Positions 11,792 to 23,534 of a stretch of DNA of 33,481 bases are shown in pieces. This DNA is from Octopus bimaculoides (taxonomy: Eukaryota). The notes beneath the pieces were generated by a model, which had not been told where the DNA came from, ran no database searches, and saw only the letters and a list, made by a program, of their open reading frames with translations. Positions within the stretch are counted from its first letter, which is position 1. Each line of letters opens with the position of its first letter. The stretch lies in contig NC_068987.1 of assembly GCF_001194135.2 (NCBI RefSeq), positions 98,082,287 to 98,115,767 of the forward strand. The letters are read 5' to 3'. Both the position numbers and the translations under genes were made by a program.

Positions 11792-12022
11792 AATCAATAT
11801 ACATATATAGACAAGCTTCTTTCAGTTTCCGTCTATCAAATCCACTCACAAGGCTTTGGTTGGCCCGTTGCTATAGTGGTAGACAGTTGCTGAAGTTGTC
11901 ACAGTGGGACTGAACCCGGAACCATGTGGTTGGGAAGCCACGCCAACTGTAGAAGTGTCCGTATGCTCATGTGTATATATGTTTGGTGTGTATGTATGTA
12001 TGCATGCATGTTTGTATTTGCC

Positions 12023-12074
<52 letters not shown>

Positions 12075-12673
12075 NNNNNNNNNNNNNNNNNNNNNNNNNN
12101 NNNNNNNNNNNNNNNNNNNNNNNNNNNNNNNNNNNNNNNNNNNNNNNNNNNNNNNNNNNNNNNNNNNNNNNNNNNNNNNNNNNNNNNNNNNNNNNNNNNN
12201 NNNNNNNNNNNNNNNNNNNNNNNNNNNNNNNNNNNNNNNNNNNNNNNNNNNNNNNNNNNNNNNNNNNNNNNNNNNNNNNNNNNNNNNNNNNNNNNNNNNN
12301 NNNNNNNNNNNNNNNNNNNNNNNNNNNNNNNNNNNNNNNNNNNNNNNNNNNNNNNNNNNNNNNNNNNNNNNNNNNNNNNNNNNNNNNNNNNNNNNNNNNN
12401 NNNNNNNNNNNNNNNNNNNNNNNNNNNNNNNNNNNNNNNNNNNNNNNNNNNNNNNNNNNNNNNNNNNNNNNNNNNNNNNNNNNNNNNNNNNNNNNNNNNN
12501 NNNNNNNNNNNNNNNNNNNNNNNNNNNNNNNNNNNNNNNNNNNNNNNNNNNNNNNNNNNNNNNNNNNNNNNNNNNNNNNNNNNNNNNNNNNNNNNNNNNN
12601 NNNNNNNNNNNNNNNNNNNNNNNNNNNNNNNNNNNNNNNNNNNNNNNNNNNNNNNNNNNNNNNNNNNNNNNNN

Positions 12674-12727
<54 letters not shown>

Positions 12728-13859
12728 CCATATATAAGCATGCATTCATTCGATTAAAATATTCTTGAAGGCAGATTCTGAAACAACCAAAAGATATGTA
12801 TGTTTATATATGTATGTGTATGTGTGTGTGTGCGCGCGCGCATGTGCGCGTGTGATTGTGTGTGTATGTGTGTGTGTATATATATATATATATATAATTT
12901 TTCTTTTTGATGAAACATTGCAAACTGCTGTCTAAATTAATTTACTATGTGCGAGTGTTTGTGTGTGTGTTTCTGTATACATACGCATATATATAAATAT
13001 ATACATGTATGCATGTATGTATTTATGTATGTGTATATGCATATCCTCACTGTGTTCCCTACTCCTTCACGTTATTCAAAGAAACACACGAAACCATTTA
13101 AAACAGAACCTTCGGGTTCTTTCCACTTTTATAGGTCACGGTCACATTTAATCTTCGTAGTTTTTCCTTTTGTTGCATCATTATTTTTTGCTTCAATATA
13201 TACATGCATTTGTTTTTTAATCCCAATAAATGTAATAAATACTACTTGGCTCCCCTGGGTGACATCGCAAGAATGGCTGAGGGGTTTTGAGAGCTGAAGG
13301 TGGGGTGTCACATTGAGGGAAGTAGGCACTGCTACGTTGTAGAACATTAGAATACCATTCTTTCTCCACATGTTTTTTTGCTTAACGTGGTAAATATGTT
13401 TCTTTGTGTTATACATAAAAGCTGTATAAACGTCACAAACACGCACACGCATACACGCACACGCATACACGCACACACAGACACACACAAACGCACACAC
13501 ACGCACACACGATTGTATACACACAAGCGCCTGCTCACTCATATACACATATGCATTGTGCATATATATGGAAGTATACATCCATACGAAATATGTANNN
13601 NNNNNNNNNNNNNNNNNNNNNNNNNNNNNNNNNNNNNNNNNNNNNNNNNNNNNNNNNNNNNNNNNNNNNNNNNNNNNNNNNNNNNNNNNNNNNNNNNNNN
13701 NNNNNNNNNNNNNNNNNNNNNNNNNNNNNNNNNNNNNNNNNNNNNNNNNNNNNNNNNNNNNNNNNNNNNNNNNNNNNNNNNNNNNNNNNNNNNNNNNNNN
13801 NNNNNNNNNNNNNNNNNNNNNNNNNNNNNNNNNNNNNNNNNNNNNNNNNNNNNNNNNNN

Positions 13860-13914
<55 letters not shown>

Positions 13915-15020
13915 AACATAAGTACATATATTTATATACATAATTACATATAAGAAAATATACACATACGTACACACTCAAACATACATTCACAAATACA
14001 CTCATATACACGCATACATATATGCACACAGACACACATCACATCGCATATTTACTCATGTCGTAGAAAATCTCCCTAAGCTATACGCAACGCAGAACAC
14101 GAAACGCAAATATCTGAGTCACAACAGATATATGCGCGTGTACATACACACACACATACACACACACAAACACACATTTACACATTCACATATACACACA
14201 CATACATATGCATACAATAATATCAACATTTGATATGCGTCACCAGTAAGTATTTCCACGAAATTTCAGTATTTAAATTGTGTATCTCCTTGCGCCTTTG
14301 TGTAAGTGTATGTGCATAGTGCATATCTGTGAGCGCGTGTGAGAATTTATGTATCTGTGTGAGTCAGTGCATTCATATGTTTGCATGTTTGTTCTCCAGC
14401 GGGGTAAACTAGGACGGTCGCCCTAAAACAGTTGTTTATTAAAGGGAAGTATTGTTTATCAGACCTTGTTAAAAAAGTGATTGGGGATGGGGTTATCTCT
14501 TTGATAATTAAATTATTTAGTTAGCAATGATCGGGGAGAAATAAAATGTATTTCAGTTTAGGAGGTTCTTGAAGTATTTTGTTCCTTTGATGTGAGCTTA
14601 GAATTTTAAGAAAATTAGGTCAATTAAAATCAGTTGGAAATGACTTGAACATTGAAATATAAATACGTAGGGGGTCTTTAAAGTATTATACGCACTTGGG
14701 GCGTTTTAATTTTGTCGATCCTTTAAATTTATTAGTTTTGTCCTCAATAACAACTGAACCGGATTAATATTCAAAATCTGCAGTGAATTAAGCTAGGTAA
14801 TAAGGACTTTCCTTATGTGAAGCTAGCTGTGAACCGAAACCGTAACACGCTTTATTTCAGGCTGCAACTATTTTTTTTATCACTAGCATTAGTAATCACT
14901 CCTCAACCCAGTCGTATAAATAAGCTCTTCATACAAGTATTCTAAATATAATTGGCTTTCAGTTCACAACTTAGTGGTAATCGATAGGTCATTGCGGCAT
15001 CAACATTGTCTAACATTTAT

Positions 15021-15353
15021 CTTTTACTAGTTTCAGTTATTAGACTGCGGCCATGTTGGGACATCGCCTTGAATTTTTAATCGAATTAATCGACGCATTT
15101 CTTAAAGTCTGTCTATTTTTACTGAACCGCTATATTATGGGGATGCAAACACAGACACAAACGCGCGCGCGCATACACAAATACACATATACATCGGGCT
15201 TCTTTCAGACTCCGTCTACCGAATCCACTCACAAGGCTTTGGTTGGCCCGAGGTTATAGCAGATGACACATGCCCAAAGTGCCACGTGGTGAGACTGAAC
15301 CCAGAACCATGCGGTTGGAAAGCAAGCTTCTTGCTACACAGCCACACCTGCAC
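15021..15353 (-). mobile_element. SINE family B with an internal deletion in the 3' half
   Basis: GGGCTTCTTTCAGACTCCGTCTACCGAATCCACTCACAAGGCTTTGGTTGGCCCGAGG...GAGACTGAACCCAGAACCATGCGGTTGGAAAGCAAGC. Confidence 0.9.
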
Positions 15354-15455
15354 TTTGGTTTTAGTCATGACATATCATTAATGAGGACCAATTTTTTTGG
15401 TGTCCTAACATTTCATTGGTTTATTAGTGTTCAACGTAGTAAATATTATTTTCCA

Positions 15456-15762
15456 TGGCACACGAGCTAGTGAGTTCGATTCTCGGCCCGGGATGTGTGT
15501 TGAGTCCTTGAACGAGACACTTTATTTTTCGCTTTGTTCCAGTTCACTCACCTGTAGAACTGAGTTGCCACGTCACTAGTGCAAAGAAGTATCGGCTTTT
15601 GCCTTTCTCTTGGGTAACATCAGTGGTGTAAGAGGGGAGGCTGATATGTACAGGCATCTACTGGTCTTCCACAAAACAATCTTGCCCGGACTTGTGCCCC
15701 GGAGGGTAACATTCTAGGTGCAACCCCATAGTCATTCGTCACCGAAAGGGCCCTTCACCCTT
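15456..15762 (+). mobile_element. SINE family C (tRNA B-box plus CORE-like central domain)
   Basis: GAGTTCGATTC B-box at 15472-15482, then GTGTGTTGAGTCCTTGAACGAGACACTTTATTT...CCAGTTCACTCACCTGTAGAACTGAG, which resembles the CORE-type GTGTCCTTGGGCAAGACACTT...CTGTAAAATG motif. Unrelated 3' tail. Superfamily assignment is by eye. Confidence 0.65.
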
Positions 15763-15865
15763 GCATTTCCCAACCGAAATGCAGTAAAAAAAAGAGCTTA
15801 GTACCCCAACCATTAAGGTTTAGAATATACAAATCTATCATAATAAAATAAGTGGACCAAATATA

Positions 15866-16064
15866 TTTATATCTTTATTGACCACAAGGGGCAAAATATA
15901 GAGGGGACAAACAGATTAAGTCGATTACATCGATCTCAGTGCGTCCCGAAAGGACGAATGTTAAAATTGACCTCGGCGAAATTTGAACTCAAAACGTAAA
16001 GGCAGACAGAATACCACTAAGCATTTCGCCCGGTGTGATAACATTTCTGCAAGATTGCCGCCTT
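15866..16064 (-). mobile_element. SINE family A with a short internal deletion
   Basis: GTCGATTACATCGATCTCAGTGCGTCCCGAAAGGACGAATG...GACCTCGGCGAAATTTGAACTCAAAACGTAAAGG...GCATTTCGCCCGG...TTGCCGCC. Confidence 0.85.
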
Positions 16065-16179
16065 AGGGGACCGAGTATATTACGTATATTATATATGGTT
16101 GTAGCATGTTCTTGTATTACGTACTTACATTGTACATTGCTTCATTTTTTTAAATTGCATCACATGTGAGGATGGAGAA

Positions 16180-16330
16180 TAGTTGGCCGGATAACCCCTA
16201 ATATTTATTTGGTACTGCCTTTATCTATCCAGAAAGCCGTTGATCACAACGTGATCTGAAGTGAAACCATGCGCGGCTGAATATCACAAGGTATTTAGTT
16301 CGGCACGAATGGAATCTGTCAATCTACCTC
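16180..16330 (-). mobile_element. Degenerate SINE-like copy
   Basis: Same layout as family A (GGTACT..TTTATC.A.CC.GAAAG...GATCTGAAGT...GAATCTGTCAATCTACC) but strongly diverged. Confidence 0.45.
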
Positions 16331-16365
16331 CTTTCAAAATTACTATTTATATACAAATTAAAAAT

Positions 16366-16566
16366 GGCAAGCTAACAGAATCGTCACCGCGCCAGACAAA
16401 GTACATTACGTCCATTTCTGTTATGAGTTGAAATGTCACCGAAGTCGACTTTGCCGTTCATCCTTCCGTGGTCAATAAAATAAATTGTTCAGAACTGGAG
16501 ACAATTTTGTCAACTTCCCTAACTCAGATAATTGATGGCCTTGTGTCAAAATTAGAAAAAAATTAA
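16366..16566 (+). mobile_element. SINE family A
   Basis: GGCAAGCTAACAGAATCGTCACCGCGCCAGACAAA...GAGTTGAAATGTCACCGAAGTCGACTTTGCCGTTCATCCTTCCGTGGTCAATAAAATAA...GGCCTTGTGTCAAAATTAG. Confidence 0.85.
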
Positions 16567-16991
16567 TGATGTGCAAATAGTCCTAAAGTGTATGAAAGAA
16601 CGCGAAATTTTAACAGCGTACAAGAAGCATACTATACAAAATGCAAATTATGGATAGCATGTAGAACTAGAAAATCAAATATTTTCTAATTCGATAAAAG
16701 TGGTGAACGGATATATATGTAGAAAAAAAAACAGATCACTGAAGAAAGACAAATTTGACAGAAAAAAATATCACATTCCAATTAAATACCATAAATAATA
16801 TTTTTTTTTTCTAGTAGTTAGTCAAACGAAGAAGCAGAACCCGAGACCTTTTACATTTTCTAGACTTCCGAGAAAGGTGAAATGAAAGGAAACGTGTTTT
16901 CTTAATGTTCGATTATTTTTGTGATAACTTTTACAGCGACTTTTGTCCGAGAAGCGCCTATTCTCTGAATATATACACTTCTTTTAATCAC

Positions 16992-17210
16992 AATACTGGT
17001 TTCAAATTTTGGTTCAATGCTAGTAATTACGGAGGTGGGGCTTGAGTCGATTTCACCAACCCTTGTGCACAAAGAATACTTATTTTATCGATCCCGAAGG
17101 GATGAAAGGCAATTCGACTCCCGGCAGCATTTGAAATCATAACGTAAAGTCGGAAGAAATGCTACTAGTCATTTTGTCCGGCGTACTAACGATTCTGCCA
17201 ACTCGGCACC
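16992..17210 (-). mobile_element. SINE family A, near full length
   Basis: TACTTATTTTATCGATCCCGAAGGGATGAAAGGCAATTCGACT...CGTAAAG...GGCGTACTAACGATTCTGCCAACTCGGCACC. Confidence 0.9.
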
Positions 17211-17212
17211 CC

Positions 17213-17286
17213 AAGACAAAGTCCACATCGGCGGAATTCGAACTCAGACTGTAAAGATGGTGCTAACGATTCTGCCAGCTCCCCGC
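17213..17286 (-). mobile_element. SINE family A, 5' fragment
   Basis: AAAGTCCACATCGGCGGAATTCGAACTCAGACTGTAAAGATGGTGCTAACGATTCTGCCAGCTCCCCGC. Confidence 0.8.
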
Positions 17287-17299
17287 TTTGATGTTTACA

Positions 17300-17482
17300 A
17301 AATATTGGTTTCAAATTATGGCACAAGGTCAGCAAGTTCAGGGGAGGAGATATGGCGGTTACATCCACCCCAATGCTGAACTGGTACTTATTTTATCGAT
17401 CCCGATTGGATGAAAGGCAAAGTCGACTTCGGCGGAATTTGAACTCAGAACTTATGTCGCAAAGGCATTTCGTCTCGCCGCC
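17300..17482 (-). mobile_element. SINE family A with the head partly deleted
   Basis: GAACTGGTACTTATTTTATCGATCCCGATTGGATGAAAGGCAAAGTCGACTTCGGCGGAATTTGAACTCAGAAC. Confidence 0.9.
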
Positions 17483-17529
17483 TTTTTGCAACCCTAATAT
17501 TGCATAATGCTTCAAATGTAGGCTATGTG

Positions 17530-17615
17530 TGTAGTCGATTAAAATGATTCGAGTACTTGACCGGTTCTTCATTCATATTACGAAACGCAGAACGATGAAA
17601 GACAAGGTCGGTTGG
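17530..17615 (-). mobile_element. Degenerate SINE family A fragment
   Basis: GTAGTCGATTAAAATGATTCGAGTACTTGACCGG...GATGAAAGACAAGGTCGG. Confidence 0.5.
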
Positions 17616-17835
17616 AGAAAAAAAATAAACACAAAACAGTGGTATTTGAAACCCGAAAACTAAATACGCGAATAAATTAGAAGAGTTATATGAGCTGTAC
17701 CTCTACTAATCCTGTGAATCTATCTTACTGTTGAGCTCAAACTGTACGATGCTAAATATCACAATGTGTTTAGCGTGGCACTCCACTGATTCTCCCACAA
17801 CCATCTTTCTTTAATTACAATATAGACAAATAGAT

Positions 17836-17865
17836 GCAGCGAGCTGGTAGAATCGTTACCGCGCC
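17836..17865 (+). mobile_element. Isolated SINE family A head fragment
   Basis: GCAGCGAGCTGGTAGAATCGTTACCGCGCC matches the head of the copy at 16366. Confidence 0.6.
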
Positions 17866-18530
17866 ATCAATAATATTGTGATAGACATTTAGTTACAAAC
17901 AGGTGAGTCAAAGCCACTTTCTGGGATGGAATCATGGAAACTGATATCAACCAAAATAATATAAATTCTAGAAGCTACTGAGTCATTACAATGATTAAGA
18001 TCTGTTAGATATAACGTCTCAACTCGAAATAGTATTACTAATTTCTTAGGGTAAAGTCAGAAAAACGTCCAAAAATAAAAAAAATGGATGACAAAACACG
18101 TTGCTTACAATATAACAAATTGGCAGGTGAATGAAGTACATATATTGTAAAAGTATCACACATAAAAGCATGCACCAATTATATATATATATANNNNNNN
18201 NNNNNNNNNNNNNNNNNNNNNNNNNNNNNNNNNNNNNNNNNNNNNNNNNNNNNNNNNNNNNNNNNNNNNNNNNNNNNNNNNNNNNNNNNNNNNNNNNNNN
18301 NNNNNNNNNNNNNNNNNNNNNNNNNNNNNNNNNNNNNNNNNNNNNNNNNNNNNNNNNNNNNNNNNNNNNNNNNNNNNNNNNNNNNNNNNNNNNNNNNNNN
18401 NNNNNNNNNNNNNNNNNNNNNNNNNNNNNNNNNNNNNNNNNNNNNNNNNNNNNNNNNNNNNNNNNNNNNNNNNNNNNNNNNNNNNNNNNNNNNNNNNNNN
18501 NNNNNNNNNNNNNNNNNNNNNNNNNNNNNN

Positions 18531-18597
<67 letters not shown>

Positions 18598-18929
18598 ATG
18601 TATATGTATGTATATATATGTGTGTGTGTATATATATATATATAGATGTTTATCTATATCTATCTATCTATCTCTAAATGTCCATAGATGTGTATGCATG
18701 TGCATATATATGCATATATGTGTGCCTGTTTGTGTGCGTTGGATGTTTTCGTGAGTGTACATAATATGTATTTGAATATAATTTAATATATAAATATTAT
18801 AAACACTCGCAAACACGTACGCACGCACACAAGCTGGTACACATACACGCGCGCGTACATACATAGACATAAGGTAAGTATACCCAGAGAACAACAGGGA
18901 AGACATGACAATAGAAGATTACCCACGTG

Positions 18930-19165
18930 GTAAAACAGCTTGCTAGAAATAACAGCTAAATTCCTTTGAAACTTAAATTTCTATCATCTTAAAAGTAAAA
19001 AAAAAATAAATATATATAGCAACAACACAATTTGGATAATAGCCCAAAATATATAGTCTGTAAACAATACGGGATGGTTCATGACTGTAACTCTTTGATC
19101 AGTGGTCTACCAAATTAAAACTGAATTGCCTCGGGCGGAACAACAACAACCTCAACAACTACAAT
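18930..19165 (+). mobile_element. Repeat family D, SINE-like, ending in a (CAA)n tail
   Basis: Shares its 5' part with 7630-7700 and ends GGGCGGAACAACAACAAC. No tRNA head is visible. Confidence 0.5.
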
Positions 19166-19471
19166 AACAACAAGAAAGACGAGCAGCGGCAACAAAGGCC
19201 GCACAAGGCTGAGGTCATACGCAACTAGAAACATCCTGCAGCACGTACAATATATTTTAACTTCAAAGAAAACATGATTCACTTTGAGAAGCGTTTTGGA
19301 AACCTTGGGACAGTTCGTAGTAGGACTCTAGGTTGAACTGTGATTTTGTAAATCATGAATCAAACTAATTTAATGATTGGTTGTCCATTGCATCCTAATG
19401 AGAACAAACTAACTTGTTTATTTATTTATTTATTTATTTACGTCTACATAGCTTTGAAACACTGCTGCTGG

Positions 19472-19566
19472 ACTTTCTTCTTCTTCTTCTTCTTCTTCTT
19501 CTTCTTCTTCTTCTTCTTCTTCTTCTTCTTCTTCTTCTTCTTCTCCCCTCCACTACTACTACTACT

Positions 19567-19630
<64 letters not shown>

Positions 19631-19646
19631 GCTGCTGCTGCAGCTG

Positions 19647-19702
<56 letters not shown>

Positions 19703-19775
19703 GTTGCTGCTATGGTCGCCGCTACAACTGCTGCTGCTACTGTTGTTGTTGTTGTTGTCATCGTCGTTGTTACCA
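19472..19775. repeat. Compound trinucleotide microsatellite (CTT)n-(CTA)n-(CTG)n-(CTA)n-(TTG)n
   Basis: Directly visible. Confidence 0.97.
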
Positions 19776-19902
19776 TCTCGCCTCAGGTCAAGAAAGCTGA
19801 TCGAGTCCACCTATATGATCAGAAGCTTTCCAGCTATGGACATCACGCCCTTATTATAGGACAGTAGGGTGACTTTTTAGAGACGTGATGTGCAAACCAA
19901 GG

Positions 19903-19952
19903 TGATGATGATGACGAGGAGGAGGAGTAAGAGGAAGAGGAGGAAGAGGAAG

Positions 19953-20008
<56 letters not shown>
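19903..20008. repeat. Compound (GAT)n-(GAG)n-(GAA)n-(GTA)n microsatellite
   Basis: Directly visible. Confidence 0.95.
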
Positions 20009-21205
20009 AAATGATGTATAACACGAGGGTGGGAAAAACGCAGAAAAAAGTAACCTTCTTCGGCCAGGAAAGTTGTACAGGGATAAAACGTGACATCGAA
20101 TTTAAATCCGATAAATATTAATTAAAGTATTTAAGTAAAATAATTCGAGTCACTTATCAACTGACAAATACATGACTTTGACACAATGACGCAAAATATA
20201 TAATGCCGTTACACCTATATGGAAAAAAAATGTCACGTTTTATTCGATGTTTTAAATATATAACATTATTTATTGATAGTAAAAAATACAAGCGAAAAAC
20301 CAACTTAAATACAACATAGTGAAATAAACTATGAAACTAATTCAGATGTTTCTCTTTTTAGTTTTTCGTCTTTAGTAGAATAATTATTCTCACCTACGGA
20401 TAGTATATAAAAAGCATTTTATTTATGGTATATGCTTTTACTTTCATTTTAGTTTTATTTTCTCTAACTTTATTTTTCCCACCGTCACTTTTACTTTTAT
20501 TTTTATTCTGACGTGTTTTTTATATTTTTTTTTATCGTGCAGCTTTTATTCCTGTAACGTTTTTTTTTTATTATCTTATGATGGATTCAAAAATAACAAA
20601 AGAGTATGTAGATTGCGGTTTCTTTTGCACACTTTTTACAGAAGATTTTAACACAGAACAGCGTGTGTTGTAAATATTAATAAACTCAAAGTCAATAATT
20701 GTAAGTAGATGTGGGCGTTTTCGATTAAATCTCTATGTATGGTATTAGGCGGAAGTCCATGATGTGTGTGTATACATGTATCTCTGTTTGAATGTATGTA
20801 TGTATGTATGTACGTATGTATGTATGTATGTACGTATGTGTGTGTATGTGTGTGTATTTGATTTGAAACTCATTGAGTAGCAAATAACCTGGGCCAATAT
20901 GATAATCTTTAGCTTCAACTGAAGAGCGTAATGCTCGCAAACTCTAAAGTATAACCAGTACATAAATTATATACTACGGAAAAGTTAAATAGGAATACTT
21001 CCTCTATGGGTGCATGATTAATGGTTCACTTCGTAATCAGTTATCTTTAGATTTTATTCGACTGGTCTCCACCTTAGGAATGTGTCTTCTAAAAGTCTCA
21101 CACAAATATCTACCATTACCACCTGAGTAAAATTTGGTTGACCGAAACTACATTGATGTCCAACATGTGCGTATATGTCTGTCTGACTGTGTATGTGTAT
21201 TAATG

Positions 21206-21586
21206 TACTCTTTTACTTGTTTCAGTCATTTAACTGTGGCCATGCTGGAGCACCGCCTTAGTCGAGCAAATCGACCCCAGGACTTATTCTTTGTAAGCTT
21301 AGTACTTATTCTATCGGTCTCTTTTGCCGAACCGCTAAGTTACGGGGTCGTAAACACACCACAATCGGTTGTCAAGCGATGCTGGGGGAACACACACAGA
21401 CACACAAACATACATATATATACACATATACGACGGGCTTCTTTCAGTTTCCGTCTACCAAATCCACTCACAAGGCTTTGGTTGGCTCGAAGCTATAGTA
21501 GAAGACACTTGCCCAAGGTGCCACGCAGTGAGACTGAACCCAGGACCATGTGGTTGGTAAGCAAGCTACTTGCTGCACAACCACTC
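21206..21586 (-). mobile_element. SINE family B, best-preserved copy in the window
   Basis: Contains the tRNA-like head (minus strand TGGTCCTGGGTTCAGTCTCACTGCGTGGCACCTTGGGCAAGTGTCTTCTACTATAGC), central domain, internal CA/TA microsatellite at about 21390-21430, and 3' tail. Confidence 0.92.
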
Positions 21587-22324
21587 ATACGTATTTGATC
21601 TAAAATTTATGCAAGAAATAGTCTAGGCCAATATGAAGATCATCCGCGTCTGCTGAAGACCCTGATGCTCCCAAACATAAAGCATTTTTGCATCATATCA
21701 ATCTGGTGGAAAGTGTCTATGTAATGTTGTGCAAGCATTATGTGATTTAAATTTCTGCGCAGTCGCCATTAATTTCCCTGTAGTCGGCGGAGACCTTCTC
21801 CGTCCGCATATTGGCGGCAAGAAAGAAAATTACTAATATGTAACAGCTTCAAGCTATTAAACATAGAAATATGCAACATGTTCCAGAAGTGTATTAACTA
21901 ATGTGAAAATTTACTCGCGAATAGATATACACCTATATGTAGATGCAGACATCCAGAAGATAAAAGTATATATCTGTACACATGCAATGATACCTGCGCT
22001 TGTAGACATGTGTAATTGCAATATTTCCAAAAGTTCAGGCTTATATGCATAGACACATGCATACATAGATATCCCGATAATGGCTAAATTCCAATGAAAG
22101 TGAATTTTTCTGAATTACATTCTAAGTATTTCTTCAGTTGTAATCTGTATGTATGTATGTTTTTATGTATGTATGTATGTATGTATGTATGTATGTATGC
22201 ATGAATGTATCGATCTATCTATCTATCAATGTATCTATTTCTATTTCTCTCTCTCTCTATCTGTCTATGAATGCATGTATGTGTGTGTATATATATATGT
22301 TCACAGACATCTCCCTCTCTCTGT

Positions 22325-22358
<34 letters not shown>

Positions 22359-22545
22359 TCACACACAAGTACGAGACGATGCTGAAAAATTCCTGGCTTT
22401 AAGGGTATCACGAAAAGCCTAGCTGGAGGTCCTGCATTCCGAGTTTTGTTTTTACAGTGCTTGCAAAAACTGAAAGACCGCTTCAACAAGTGTGTGAATC
22501 TGAGATGGGAATATGTTGAATAAAATCGTAATTAACTGATCCTTC

Positions 22546-22702
22546 ATATTTACTTTATTTACATTTGACGGATATTTTTCCTCTTCTTGTTTGTTGTTAA
22601 CAAAACGTTTCGGTTGATATACCATCCAGCCTTCATCAGGTGTCTTGCGGAAATTTCGAACCTGGGTTCTAATTCCTAAGGTATTTTTCGATGTTGTTGT
22701 TG

Positions 22703-22768
<66 letters not shown>

Positions 22769-22824
22769 TCACTGCCTGGAATCGAACTCGGAATCTTGGG
22801 GTTAGTAGCCCTCGCTCTGAACCA
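22546..22824 (-). mobile_element. tRNA-headed hammerhead-bearing element (family H1), left copy
   Basis: Minus strand order: head (A-box truncated, B-box GAGTTCGATTC at 22779-22789), (AAT)n(AAC)n, ATCGAAAAATACCTTAGGAAT..., hammerhead, then tail ending at the direct repeat. Confidence 0.85.
22599..22644 (-). ncRNA. Minimal type I hammerhead ribozyme motif (left H1 copy, two mismatches)
   Basis: GACAC-CTGATGA-A-GGCTG-GATGGTATAT-CAACC-GAAACGTT-TTGTT: intact core and ACGT palindrome; one mismatch in stem II and one at the first pair of stem I. Confidence 0.75.
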
Positions 22825-23534
22825 TGTATGTATGTATGTATGTATGGCATAGTGGTTAAGAGTGCGGGCTATTAACCCCAAGATTCCGAGTTCAATTCCA
22901 GGCAATGACCTGAAAAATAATAATNNNNNNNNNNNNNNNNNNNNNNNNNNNNNNNNNNNNNNNNNNNNNNNNNNNNNNNNNNNNNNNNNNNNNNNNNNNN
23001 NNNNNNNNNNNNNNNNNNNNNNNNNNNNNNNNNNNNNNNNNNNNNNNNNNNNNNNNNNNNNNNNNNNNNNNNNNNNNNNNNNNNNNNNNNNNNNNNNNNN
23101 NNNNNNNNNNNNNNNNNNNNNNNNNNNNNNNNNNNNNNNNNNNNNNNNNNNNNNNNNNNNNNNNNNNNNNNNNNNNNNNNNNNNNNNNNNNNNNNNNNNN
23201 NNNNNNNNNNNNNNNNNNNNNNNNNNNNNNNNNNNNNNNNNNNNNNNNNNNNNNNNNNNNNNNNNNNNNNNNNNNNNNNNNNNNNNNNNNNNNNNNNNNN
23301 NNNNNNNNNNNNNNNNNNNNNNNNNNNNNNNNNNNNNNNNNNNNNNNNNNNNNNNNNNNNNNNNNNNNNNNNNNNNNNNNNNNNNNNNNNNNNNNNNNNN
23401 NNNNNNNNNNNNNNNNNNNNNNNNNNNNNNNNNNNNNNNNNNNNNNNNNNNNNNNNNNNNNNNNNNNNNNNNNNNNNNNNNNNNNNNNNNNNNNNNNNNN
23501 NNNNNNNNNNNNNNNNNNNNNNNNNNNNNNNNNG

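Larger units (their letters stand above)
11353..11945 (-). mobile_element. SINE family B interrupted in its internal microsatellite by a hammerhead-bearing element
   Basis: The 3' half lies at 11353-11580 and the 5' half at 11808-11945 (GCTTCTTTCAGTTTCCGTCTATCAAATCCACTCACAAGG...GGGACTGAACCCGGAACCATGTGGTTGGGAAGC). They are collinear with 21206-21586 apart from foreign sequence at about 11604-11791. Confidence 0.85.

Noticed and set aside
13105-13120. AGAACC-TTCG-GGTTCT hairpin with a cUUCGg tetraloop
   Set aside because: Only 6 bp long and isolated, with no supporting context; plausible by chance in 33 kb.
14380-14990. Non-repetitive block that might be a decayed coding or TE sequence
   Set aside because: The minus-strand frames I translated had frequent stops and no recognisable motif, and the ORF track lists nothing here; left unannotated.
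15021-17865. Repeated similar motifs separated by unique sequence (CRISPR-like appearance)
   Set aside because: The repeats are long, diverged, irregularly spaced SINE copies on both strands in a eukaryotic context, with no cas genes.
22845-22915. Possible genuine tRNA gene (Ser-like anticodon loop CTAYTAA)
   Set aside because: The T-stem (CCGAG/CCAGG) and acceptor stem do not pair properly, there is no Ser-type long variable arm, the two copies differ in the anticodon, and no T-run terminator follows. It is treated as a SINE head.
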